From positions 35,245-99,244 of IMG/VR virus record IMGVR_UViG_3300037485_002668: DNA of 64,000 bases, one strand, 5' to 3'. Both the position numbers and the translations under genes were made by a program. The notes under the pieces were generated by a model that saw only the letters and a program-made list of their open reading frames with translations, did no database searches and was not told the DNA's origin. This document shows, one piece after another, positions 1-10,700 of the stretch (position 1 is its first letter; every line of letters starts with the position of its first letter). Source of the stretch: a virus.

Positions 1-292
1 CACGGCCTTCACATTGCCACATGAGACCCGTAGACCAATCCAAAATTACTTTAAAATTGTTTGGCAATATTTCAACTTTATAAAAATGCTGGCGGTCAGG
101 GGCGTGGGGATAGTCGTAATAATCGAATATTTTCAACTGGTCGATTTCAATCCGTACCTGGTGGTTTGATAGTTTATCCGCGACATGGCGAACTTTCATG
201 GGTGGCTGATAGTCGATAAAATTCAGGATGCCGCGGGTCATGAGATCACGGCTGATTAAAAAATCCAGGGAAGCGGTGTCATAACGAATCAT
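1..292 (-). CDS. Partial ORF running off the left edge; probable DUF1566 (Lcl-type) domain protein
   Basis: Manual translation from ATG 292: MIRYDTASL...NNFKVILDWSTGLMWQCEGR. The V.D..TGLMWQ motif is typical of the start of DUF1566. Confidence 0.55.
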   Translation of the reverse strand, partial: MIRYDTASLDFLISRDLMTRGILNFIDYQPPMKVRHVADKLSNHQVRIEIDQLKIFDYYDYPHAPDRQHFYKVEILPNNFKVILDWSTGLMWQCEGR

Positions 293-295
293 TTT

Positions 296-727
296 TTATT
301 GCCTTTCAATTACAAGTCCATACACAAAAGCTGGCGGGGGTGCGGGATTGGTATTTCTTTTAATAAAGTCTTCAATTTCGGCGGGTTGGTCGGAATAGAC
401 GGTCACGCGGCCATAGTGTATACCCCGTTCGGTAACGGGTTTATTTTCGAGCGTCCAGTAAACCATATAATTATCATAAGCGGTATATTCTGATTTACGA
501 TTGGGGTCATAAGCCCCTACCGCAGCCGCCGATAAAACAGGCGGTTTACCGTATATGACAGGGGGTCTTAAATCGAAATTGTGCGTGGCAATATCTTCGT
601 AAACATGCCAGGTGCAATTGGATTCTAATTTTAATTCCCAGGTATCAGAGTCCGGGGCAGACTTTTGGTAAAGATAAAAATGAACGCCGCCGGTACAGTC
701 GATACATTTTAGAAGTTTTTGAGTCAT
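296..727 (-). CDS. Hypothetical tail-region protein
   Basis: ORF track 296..763; likely ATG at 727, just after a repeat copy. Confidence 0.6.
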   Translation of the reverse strand: MTQKLLKCIDCTGGVHFYLYQKSAPDSDTWELKLESNCTWHVYEDIATHNFDLRPPVIYGKPPVLSAAAVGAYDPNRKSEYTAYDNYMVYWTLENKPVTERGIHYGRVTVYSDQPAEIEDFIKRNTNPAPPPAFVYGLVIERQ

Positions 728-734
728 GACCTTG

Positions 735-772
735 GCCTCACAGTCATCCCTCCCCACGGGCAAGCCGTGTGG
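735..772 (-). repeat. 37-bp junction element, copy 1 (degenerate box)
   Basis: Plus strand GCCTCACAGTCAT-CCCT-CCCCACGG-GCAAG-CCGTGTGG. Confidence 0.8.
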
Positions 773-781
773 TGATGGGGG

Positions 782-1972
782 TTACCAGACGTTTTCTTCG
801 TCCCATTGCCAGCCACCGGTGAGGGCGGAAACTTTTACACGATTGGTGTCGCCGAACTGACGTTCAATTCTCCAGATTAGGGCTTTCGTAAAAGGTATCT
901 GAGGATTGCCAGTTTCGATGGTACAGGTATCACCGATGTCGGACATGAGATCAACTAATTCACATTCAAATTCCAGCAGGACCAGACCGTTTTTGTAAAT
1001 CGAATAGGCACGCTTGGCGGTCTTGAGCGCCTGGCTGGAAGAAACGGATTGCGTAAATTCATCGCCGCCCATACACCAAAAGCTGCGGGCATCGCCGTCA
1101 ATATCATCAAAAAATGCCAGGTATGGGTCGGCAGTCAGGTCAGCGCCCGCGGCATAAATATCGGAACTGGTATCCAGGCAATGCAAATCTTCACTGCCGC
1201 CAACGATACTGACCAGATTGTTGTTGACACTTTTGCTATGCAACGAATGCAAGCCAGGGGCGGTCGCATCCGATGAACAATTACAATCAGACTCAGAACT
1301 GAAAGTTCCGTCAAAATCATTATTATCCGAATCAAAGACAGCGTTATTTTTGGCAATCACCGTGCCGGTATTCGCGCCATTTACACGGATACCGTAACTG
1401 TTCAGGTAGACGGTATTGTTGTAAATATAGGCGGTGTGACAATCTTCGATATTCACACCAGCTCCGTTATGATTATAAATAAAATTATTGTAAAGGCGAA
1501 CATTGGCATCCGCATGGTCAATCCAAATGCCGTGACAGGTATCCACCCGGTCGCCATAAAATAAATTATACGCGATTAGAACTTCGGAAGCGGCGCCTGA
1601 ATTTTCCCACCAGATACTATAGTGACTGGCGTCCACATCGGTCGAATCAAATGCAATGCCTTCAATGCGGCAATAGTTGGTGAAATTTTTAATCGTATAA
1701 CCGTTGATGCCGGTGTAATTAATCGTGAACCCTGTGCCCGCGGTACCCGTGTGGCGCTCAGCCGTGGGGGTATAGACGCGGGGGTAACGGGTAGCATCCA
1801 CGACCCATCCGTTCATCATAAACGATTCATTCAGCACCGAATCGTTATAACAAGCGGCCTGCTCAATCGTATCGGCGGCAACCAGGTCGCCGTTTTTAGC
1901 CGCTTCCCAGAGAGTCAGCGTGGCGTAATTGCGGCCGGCGGAACCAACCGTGCTGGTATTGACCGTGGGCAT
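782..1972 (-). CDS. Right-handed beta-helix (pectin-lyase-like) tailspike domain fused to a tail-hub-like C-terminal segment
   Basis: Asn-rich YNN(T/F)(I/V)Y repeats; domain ends GDARSFWCMGGDEF; last ~85 aa resemble a tail hub C-terminus. Confidence 0.65.
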   Translation of the reverse strand: MPTVNTSTVGSAGRNYATLTLWEAAKNGDLVAADTIEQAACYNDSVLNESFMMNGWVVDATRYPRVYTPTAERHTGTAGTGFTINYTGINGYTIKNFTNYCRIEGIAFDSTDVDASHYSIWWENSGAASEVLIAYNLFYGDRVDTCHGIWIDHADANVRLYNNFIYNHNGAGVNIEDCHTAYIYNNTVYLNSYGIRVNGANTGTVIAKNNAVFDSDNNDFDGTFSSESDCNCSSDATAPGLHSLHSKSVNNNLVSIVGGSEDLHCLDTSSDIYAAGADLTADPYLAFFDDIDGDARSFWCMGGDEFTQSVSSSQALKTAKRAYSIYKNGLVLLEFECELVDLMSDIGDTCTIETGNPQIPFTKALIWRIERQFGDTNRVKVSALTGGWQWDEENVW

Positions 1973-2709
1973 TAGGGCTTCTCCGTGACAATATTTTTCC
2001 GCAAGGGGACGTCAAAGCGGGGCGGCATCGAAACCCGTTGATCCTCAATGACTTCCTGGAAACGGGTGGTATTGGAAAATTTATAATCGGCCTGAATGCG
2101 GGTAATCAGGCTTTTGAAAGCTTGCGAATCCGTGGCGGAAGTGGCCAGGTTTTGCAAGGTACGATTCGTGTTCAAATGCTGGCGGTAATTTATTTTAAAC
2201 TTGCGGTGTTTGGCGGCGTGGGGTTGACGCAAGGCTTTAATTTCTTTTTCATCAGCGAATTCAGCATCGGGAATATACAAGACCAAAAATTCCCGCAAGT
2301 CATTTTTACCATGGGATTTGGATTTTAAAAAATGGCGGGTCGGGTCCAGGTCGCTAAAGATTCGCAGCGCGCCGAAATGTGTTAATAAGTCGGGTTTCAC
2401 TTTTTCCAAATCCAGGGGGGCGCGCCAGCGGTCAATGGGGCGGTAATGCGGGAGCGCGGGCATGTGGCGAAAGGGGACGGCGGGGCGCGGCACCAGGTGG
2501 TAGGTTTTGTCGATTTCGTAAAAGTAAAAGCGCTGGCAATATTTATCGAACAGGGCGGGGACGAAGGGGATTTCCAGCGCGGGCGGGGTGGTGCCGCGGA
2601 TTAGCATGTGCGCCCAATCGCGAAGGATATCTGTGTCGGAATAGACTTCGAGAATATCGCCGTCATCGTAGACGGGGGAGTCGGAAATTTTCAGGACTAG
2701 TTCGGCCAT
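1972..2709 (-). CDS. Hypothetical protein
   Basis: ORF; ATG 1 nt after the repeat box. Confidence 0.6.
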   Translation of the reverse strand: MAELVLKISDSPVYDDGDILEVYSDTDILRDWAHMLIRGTTPPALEIPFVPALFDKYCQRFYFYEIDKTYHLVPRPAVPFRHMPALPHYRPIDRWRAPLDLEKVKPDLLTHFGALRIFSDLDPTRHFLKSKSHGKNDLREFLVLYIPDAEFADEKEIKALRQPHAAKHRKFKINYRQHLNTNRTLQNLATSATDSQAFKSLITRIQADYKFSNTTRFQEVIEDQRVSMPPRFDVPLRKNIVTEKP

Positions 2710-2710
2710 G

Positions 2711-2747
2711 GCTGTCAATCATCCTTCCACCCAGACAAGCTGGGTGG
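2711..2747 (-). repeat. 37-bp junction element, copy 2
   Basis: GCTGTCAATCAT-CCTT-CCACCCAG-ACAAG-CTGGGTGG. Confidence 0.95.
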
Positions 2748-2755
2748 TGGGTTTT

Positions 2756-2792
2756 GCTGTCAATCATAATTCCCCACGGGCAAGCCGTGGGG
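2756..2792 (-). repeat. 37-bp junction element, copy 3 (tandem with copy 2)
   Basis: GCTGTCAATCAT-AATT-CCCCACGG-GCAAG-CCGTGGGG. Confidence 0.95.
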
Positions 2793-2796
2793 TGGG

Positions 2797-4278
2797 TTAG
2801 TTGTTGATGCCGGGGCAAAAAAGGGTTTGGGATTTCTTTTTGCCGTACAGCTTGTAACTGGCGTTGGTTATGTCCGTTAGCGGCCAGGTCTTGACGGCGG
2901 CGTGTTCACGGGTGACATAATCGAACGCATATTCTACAATAAATTCGTTAATAAACTGGTCGTGGCCTACCAGCGGGTTGGTGATCACCGTGGGCGTCAG
3001 GGCGGCCAGACCAAAGTCCGGGTGAAACAATAACAGGCGCAACTTACCGCTTAACATTTGACCCATCTGCGCCAGGGAGTGAGGCAACACGACCAGCAAC
3101 GCTTGCATAATCGTATGCGGCTCATCAAAAGACAACGTAATCGTATTCGTTTTATCGGTATGGTACGCTTCATTGAATGAATAGTCCAGGGTGGTTTCAT
3201 CGGTGACGCCGGTGCCGCCGACATCGATATAATCATCGGCCAGGCCGGCGTAATCGCTGAGCAGTTCGTAAATAATTTCGGCGACGGTCTTGGCTTCGAA
3301 ATTAGCCGAAACCCGAAACGTCAGCACATCCCCTTCGGTGGGGGAATTCCAATCGGCGGCGGCGATTTTAATTTGCGAATCCGTGGCATCGGTCACATCA
3401 TAAAAATCGGCCAGAGTGGAACCGTTATTGGAATAATCGTTGGGGCCTGTAATTTGGAACGTAGAACCGCCTGCGCCCAGGGTGATCGTCCATTCGCCTA
3501 CGTACGCGCCCGTATAGACCGTGACTGCGTCCAGCGAAGACAGCGCGCCATCGTTCCACGTGAAACTGGTGACCAGGTGACCAGAGTTACTGGCGCGTAG
3601 CGTGGGCGTGGGACTGCTGGCGTAAATGCGCACGGGCTTATCGAAAAATTGCGATAGCAGATTATCCACCCGCAGCACCGCTTCCTGGCCTGTCCAGACA
3701 AACGGTTCGCGTACCAGACCTTTAAACACCGTGAGGGAATTGGCGTTACCGTCCAGGCGGAGATTCACCTGCACTAAATTGTTGGTAATGGGAAGCGTGG
3801 CCACCATGGAACCCGTGGCATACGTGGCACCCAGCGCGCCCACCCAGCCGATTTGATTGGCGCTGGCGGACGTTAACGTAAACGATTCCAGATTGTCGCC
3901 GTCCGTAATGGTGACTACATCGCCAATGGCAAACGTACCCAGGCCGGCGTTTAAGTCCATGGGGTTATTGGTACTGGCCTCGGCGGTAATGCGTTGAATG
4001 CGTTTGAACTTCGCGCCTGAGCGACCGGTGAAACTGGCGTAATATTCATTCGGGTCGGAAAAGACAATTTCAATATCCTGGAGAATAACTTCACCGCTGA
4101 AGGCGGGGTCAATTTCAATTTCGCCCGAAATTTGCGAAATGGTACGCACGCCTTTGACGCCGTTCAAAGTGATATTTTCACCATCGGGATCTAAAATCAC
4201 TTCCAGGTAAGGCTTGGCCCCGGCGGGGTTTTCCAACAACGTTTGCCAGCCGACGGGCAGGGAAGTTTTTGCGGGCAT
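2797..4278 (-). CDS. Tail tip / baseplate hub protein, apparently C-terminally truncated
   Basis: Position after TMP and distal-tail gene; hub-like segments (VAEIIYELLSDYAGL; INEFIVEY...YGKKKSQTLFCPGI). Confidence 0.65.
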   Translation of the reverse strand: MPAKTSLPVGWQTLLENPAGAKPYLEVILDPDGENITLNGVKGVRTISQISGEIEIDPAFSGEVILQDIEIVFSDPNEYYASFTGRSGAKFKRIQRITAEASTNNPMDLNAGLGTFAIGDVVTITDGDNLESFTLTSASANQIGWVGALGATYATGSMVATLPITNNLVQVNLRLDGNANSLTVFKGLVREPFVWTGQEAVLRVDNLLSQFFDKPVRIYASSPTPTLRASNSGHLVTSFTWNDGALSSLDAVTVYTGAYVGEWTITLGAGGSTFQITGPNDYSNNGSTLADFYDVTDATDSQIKIAAADWNSPTEGDVLTFRVSANFEAKTVAEIIYELLSDYAGLADDYIDVGGTGVTDETTLDYSFNEAYHTDKTNTITLSFDEPHTIMQALLVVLPHSLAQMGQMLSGKLRLLLFHPDFGLAALTPTVITNPLVGHDQFINEFIVEYAFDYVTREHAAVKTWPLTDITNASYKLYGKKKSQTLFCPGINN

Positions 4279-4700
4279 TACGCAACCCTCCCGAAAAAAT
4301 GCAACTGCGTTTCGTACCGGGCGGCGCGGCGGCCATAGGTGATAATTTCCATATAGTTCGGGTCGAGAATCATATCCATGTACGTGCCGGCGACCTCCAG
4401 GTAACGGTAATAGACGCGGACTTTATAATTGTTCGCAATGACGGCGCGGACTTTTGTTAAAGTGGACAGATATTCGTGAAAAATATCCAAGTCCAAGCGC
4501 CAATGTTCACGGTTACTGGCGGCGGCGGAAACCTTAGTGGGGTCATAAAGCGTGGGGTAAGCGTCATTCGTTTCAAGCGTGAACAGATTATTGACCGTAT
4601 AAATCTGGGCGGCGTTAATTTCCATTTCGTCAAAATCGTAGGCGGTACCCCAGGCGGCGCCGTTATAAAGTTGAATGCGGGTAACGTTGACGGCAGGCAT
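4278..4700 (-). CDS. Putative distal tail protein
   Basis: 140 aa, directly downstream of the tape measure gene. Confidence 0.5.
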   Translation of the reverse strand: MPAVNVTRIQLYNGAAWGTAYDFDEMEINAAQIYTVNNLFTLETNDAYPTLYDPTKVSAAASNREHWRLDLDIFHEYLSTLTKVRAVIANNYKVRVYYRYLEVAGTYMDMILDPNYMEIITYGRRAARYETQLHFFGRVA

Positions 4701-7700
4701 TATGACCTCCCGAAACTGGTGACAGTGGTAATATTTTTCGAGCGGTCACGATACCAGCGTTCGGATTTCTTTTTGAACTCCACCCAGGCACTCGGGTCGC
4801 CGCTGTGAACGATCACATCGAAATTCAGGTCCACGTTGGACGTGGCGGGTTTGGCGTTCGGGAAAACGTTGGGGTCGCCCGTGGAAATGAACTGACGCCA
4901 GTTGGGTTCGGGGTATTTGGAAACCACGCCTTCAGGGATTACGACTTCGTTGCGTTTTAGTTTGGCGATAACTTCATCGGCGGCGATAAGGCCGGTGTGG
5001 GCGGTGACATCGTAGCCGAAACCGCCGGTATGGAGTGGGGGCGGGGTTGGCGGTGGCGTACCGTTATTGGCGGCGGCCAACCACTCCATTAATGCCTGAA
5101 GTTGAGCGTAAGCCTTAGTTAAATCCAGGTCAATTTCAATTTTCTTTTGATTATATGTATCAATTAAAGTATTTAAATCATCTTCAAGCTTTTTTAATTG
5201 ATTCTCAAATTCAGTAATTTCTAAATCGATTTCAAGTTGTTTGTTGTTATAAGTGGTATATAGTTCGTCTAACTTTTTCTTGAGTGCTTCGATTTGGTCT
5301 ATCGCTTCTTGTTTAACAGCATCTTTGGCCGCGTTTTCATCCAGGACACCGCCAGCATCGGTAAATTTTTTCTTTAATTCCTCAAGTTGCGCCGCCATGT
5401 CTTTATACGCCTGGCTGTTTGGATCGAGCGTAGCCAGAAAGTCTTGCATTCTGAAAATCATGGCGTTAATTTGTTCGTCTGCGCCAGTGGTATTGAAATC
5501 GATTTTAAAATAAGTCAGTTTATCAAGCGCCTTAGTGGCAGTATCAAAATCGGTAGAAAATTGGTCGTAATCGGCAAAAAGCGTATCCAGCATTTCACCC
5601 CAGTTAATTACCAATGCGTGCGTTTGGCCTGAGATACCTTCGAGCAACTTTTGAATTTCATATAGATTAGGCGGTGTATTACTTCCCATCCGTGCTAAAA
5701 TTTCATTTAATGATTTTACATTAGAAGTTATTTTTGCACGGTCAATTTCAAACGCATGTGTCAGTAAACTTTTTTCTTTTAATTTATCAGTAATGCTTTT
5801 TTGAATATCCATAATTTGAAATTCAATTTTTTCACGATTGGCATTGAATTCTACCTCAAGACTAATTTTCTCTTTTTCTAAATCCGCTATGGTTTTATTC
5901 AAATCAGTAATGGCAGCCTCTACTTTATTTTTTAAATCAGCGGCCATTGAATTTAATTGTAGATTGTTTGCGATTAGCCACTCGTTTAGCGTTCCCTGAT
6001 AACCGTTCATGACGGCTAAAGCGTACTGAGCTTTGTAAATGTTATCGGTCAGGTCTTTGTACGCTTGCGACTGGGGATCGAGGGTTGCCAAAAGTGCTTG
6101 ATTGTCAGCAATTGCCGCTTGCAAATCCGCAGTCATTTGTGGAAATTGAATATTTCCATAATAATTTTTCAATTCCAAAGCTTTTTCCGCTAACGACCCG
6201 AGTCCCGTAATTTGCGATGTAACAGCATCCGCCAACTCCGTAGTTAAACCACCGGTCGCGGCAGTTGCAGCAAGTAATTGTTCTACCAGAGTTTGTAAAG
6301 GTTCGGCTGCATTATTTAGTGCTAAATTGTTTTCCAACAACCATTCGTTCAAAGTCCCCTGGTAACCGTTTAAAACCGCCACAGCGTATTGCGCCTGCAT
6401 AATCGCATCCGCCATGTCTCTATATGCTTGTGACTGTGGATCCAATGTAGCCAGTAAGGCTTGATTTTGCTGGATGGTGTTCAACAAATCGGTTTCGATA
6501 GTCATGTTCGGCATTTCGCCAAAATATTTTTTCAGACGAATTGCCTCTTCCGCCATACTGGTTAAGCCAGTCAGCGAGGAATCAAAAGCCGCGCCTAATT
6601 CAGCGGTAATCCCGGTGGTCGATTCAACAGCGGCTTTAAATTGATCCGCTAACGTTTCTATCTGGGCAGCCTGATTATTCAGGTGTAAATTATTATTTAA
6701 AAGCCACTGATTGAAATCACCCTGGAATCCGTTCATAACTGCCAGGGCGTATTGTGCCTTATAAATATTGTCAGCTAAATCGCGATAAGCTTGTGACTGT
6801 GGGTCCAGCGTAGCAAGTAACGCCTGGTTGTTTGCGATTGCGGCTTCCAAATCTGCTGTCATTTGTGGAAACTTAATATTCCCGTAGTAATTTTTAAGCT
6901 CTAAAGCTTTGTCGGCTAATGATCCAAGCCCGGTGATTTGAGAAGTAACCGCATCTGCCAGTTCAGCGGTCAATCCACCAGTGGCTGCAGTAGCCGCCAG
7001 TAGCTGGTCAATCAAAGTTTGAAGTGGTTCTGCTGCATTGTTAAGCGCCAGGTTGTTTGCTATTAACCATTCGTTCAGCGTGCCTTGAAATCCATTCATG
7101 ACGGCTAAAGCATATTGCGCTTTATAAATATTATCAGATAGGTCTTTATATGCCTGAGAAGTTGGATCTAACGTAGCTAAAAGTGCTTGGTTGTTGGCAA
7201 TAGCCGCCTCCAGGTCTGCGGTCATTTGTGGAAATTCGATGTCGCCAAAATATTTTTTCATTTCCAGTGCACGATCAGCCAGGTCACCAAGACCTTTCAC
7301 TGTGTCTTTAAACTGATTCCCTAACTCTTCAGTCAAACCAATCCCGAGCTGGAAAGCATCCACAAATTGTTCCTGGAAAGTTTGGACAGCGGCAGTCGTG
7401 TTGTTTAATGTAATATTGTGGAGTCGCAAGTATTCGTCTATACTGGCAACTTCACCACGTGCCACAGCCAGTGCGGCCTGGGCTTTCCAGATTTCATCTT
7501 GTAAATCACGGTACGCCTGAGACGTGGGATTCAAAGTTCCCAGTAAAGCTTGGTTGTCCGCGATAGCTTGCGCTAAAGCTTGTTCCATTTCGCCAGTCGG
7601 CATGTTAAAATATTCTTTTACCCTTAACAATTCGTCTGCCAAAGAACCTAATCCCTGACGACTGGAATCGAAAGCGCTGGAAAGTTCGGAAGTCAAACCA

Positions 7701-10700
7701 GTTATGTCAATCGATTCCAAAAAATTGGCGGCTAGTTCATGTAACGCTGCGAAGGTAGCTTCCGCCCCGTTAGCCATGGCATCTAAAACTGTTTTGGTAG
7801 TGCTTAGTGTGATATTATATTTTGTGAAATATTCGTCTATGGAACCTACTTCACCACGCAATACAGCTAATGCCGCTTCCGATTTCCAAATGCTATCTTG
7901 AAGTTCACGATATGCCACTGAAGTTGGATCAAGCGTAGCCAGCAATCCTTTGTTGTCAATGATCGCTGCTTGCAAGTCACGTTCCATGCTGGGAAATTTT
8001 ATATCACCAAATTTCGCTCGCAACTGAACGGCGTTATCGGCTAAATCTGTCATCCCCTTTTGTGACTTTTCGAAGGCACTCAGCCAATCACCTGAAAGTA
8101 ATTTGCGCCCGGCTTTTTCAAATTCTTCCCCCATCTTCTCAGCATCCTGTGCAATCTTTTGTTTCTGCATCCCCTCATTTAATTCCGCTAATTTGGCGGT
8201 TACCCAAACCAGTGCATCGCCAGAAAGCACCCCACTGTCACGTAATGCTTCTAATCCGGAGATTTGTTCCCGTAATGGCGCGCTTGAATCTAAAAGTTTC
8301 CCGTACAGACCATCCAGTTTATCCATTACTTGCTGGTATTCATAAGATCCGGCTTGCAATTTAGGTAATAGTTCGGAATAGGCGTTGATTTGTTCCATTA
8401 CGCCATCGGTTGTTTCAATGCCCAACTCAGAAAGTTTTTTCAAAAGTTCCTGGTGTTCGGTAAGTTGAACATTCGATTGACTTAGCTTTTCACGTAATTG
8501 GTCAATCGCCATCATGACATTTTCATATTCAATCGAATCTTTACTAAGATTCGCGGCCACGCCTTCCAGCATCTTGATTTGATCCGCTAAAGGCGTATCC
8601 GATGCCGTCAACTTCTGAATAAGACTATTAATATTTTCGGTTGCAACCTGATATTCAGCGGAACCGATTTGCATGGTAGTCGCTAAGGCGTACCACTGTT
8701 TTATCTGTTCGTCAATTGGTGCATTTGAATCGACCAACTTACTAAGCGCCTGGCCAATTTTATCATAAAGTTGACGGTATTCGTAAGAATTTACATCCAA
8801 TTGAGCGGCCAGTAACGTCCAACTTTGAACTTGTTTTAATACCGATGCCTGGGTTTCAACGCCTGCCGCATCCATTGCTTCGTTAAATTTTTCCTGAGCG
8901 GATTTTGCTTTTTCTATTACCTCGCCGGTATTATTTAGCTGTAAATTATTCGCCAATAGCCAGGAATTGAATTCACCCTGATAGCCATTCATGACCGCCA
9001 GGGCATATTGAGCTTTGAAGATATTATCAGCTAAATCTTTATACGCTTGAGATGCCGGATCTAAAGTAGCCAAAACAGCTTGATTGCCCGCAATCGCAGC
9101 TTCTAAGTCAGCCGTCATTTGTGGAAATTTTATATCACCATAATAGTTTTTCATTTCGATGGCTTTGTCCGCCAGAGAACCCAGGTCGGTTATTTGAGAT
9201 TTGACGGCATCGGCTAAGGCGGTGGTAAGGCCACCTAATTTTTCAATTGATTCCTGAATACTATCGGCAAAAGTCTTTTGACCTTCAGTGGCACGTTCGG
9301 ATGCATAGTTAGCCGCTAACATTTCATCACCCGTACCTTCGACCCGAATCGCTAAATTTTCAAACCATTGTTCCGTACTGGAAACTTCACCCCGTAAGAC
9401 TGCCATCGTTGCCTGCGCTTCCCAAACCTGGATAGTCATTTTTTTGTAAGCATCGGAAGTTGGGTCCATGGTTGCAAGCAAGCGTAAATTCCCCTGCACG
9501 TTTTCATTTATTAAATCAGCCAGTCCCTTTTGACCCCAATCGGCCTTGCCGAATTGTTCCTGATTCTTTGCCGCAACGTCAATTAAATATTGCAAGTCTT
9601 CAGTGGCTTTGGTAAAACTATTATCAAAAGTAAAGGCGCGGGTTAACCGTTCCAATTCAGCCGTGTTGTTCTTTAGTTTATCGGTAAATTCTTTTTGGAT
9701 TTTTTCGCCTAAATCTTTAAAGCCTTCACCCATGTTTTTCATGTTTGCGCCAATGGTAACCATTACTAAAAAGGCTTGATTGGTATTGTTCAGACTGGTC
9801 AATAGTTTTGATTCAAAATCATTGGCAAGGTTATTTACTAATTCGTCAAGGGTTGTAATTTGCGTACCTAAATCACCCAGGCTGTCTTTCATATCATTGA
9901 CAGTAATTCCGGTTTTTTCGGCGGAACCGCCTAACACATCCATCAATAATGACGCGGCTTGCAATCCCAAAGAAACAGGATCAAGGCCGCCTTTTAAAAA
10001 GCCAGTTACTGTACTTGTTAATAAATCGACCGCCTTAGAACCCGTATCACCTAAGCCTAAAAACTTTTTCGCAACGTCACCGATTTGACCGGCGTATTCA
10101 GTCCAGTCTTTTGCGCCTTTCTCCGATTTTTGTGAAAGTCCCTCTACCTGTTCCTGGCTAATCCCCGCCTGAGCGACAAAAGCCTCCCAGCCTTTGGTAT
10201 CGCCAATTTTTTCGTAAAGCGATTTGATATTACCTAAAAGTTGTTTTTCACCATAGGCATCGCCCAACTCTTTGGCAACGGGTATCAACGCCGCCTGATT
10301 TGCAATCTGTTCGCGAACGGAAGAGGTTAATTCGATACCGGCATCGGTTAACATTTGAAGCCCAGTCTTTTGAGCATCGATAGCACTATTTGACCGATCC
10401 ATCTCTTCCATTAAGGAAACGATTCGATCCTCGACCATCTGATAACCAGTGGAGCCCTCCACCAATTTAGAACGAACGTCTTGTAATTGGGAAATTTGTT
10501 TTTCAATAGGTGCATTGGTATCAACAACCTTATCAATAGTTTCTTTTATTTTTTTGGTTAACTGGTCGTAATAGCCTGAACCCTTTTCAACCTGATCTGA
10601 TAAGGCTGAAAATTTATCGATTTGTTTCGTATTGTTTTCTAATAGGTCAACACCTGCGTCACTAAGTCCTTTGATAAGCAATTCCTGTTTCGATAGGTGT

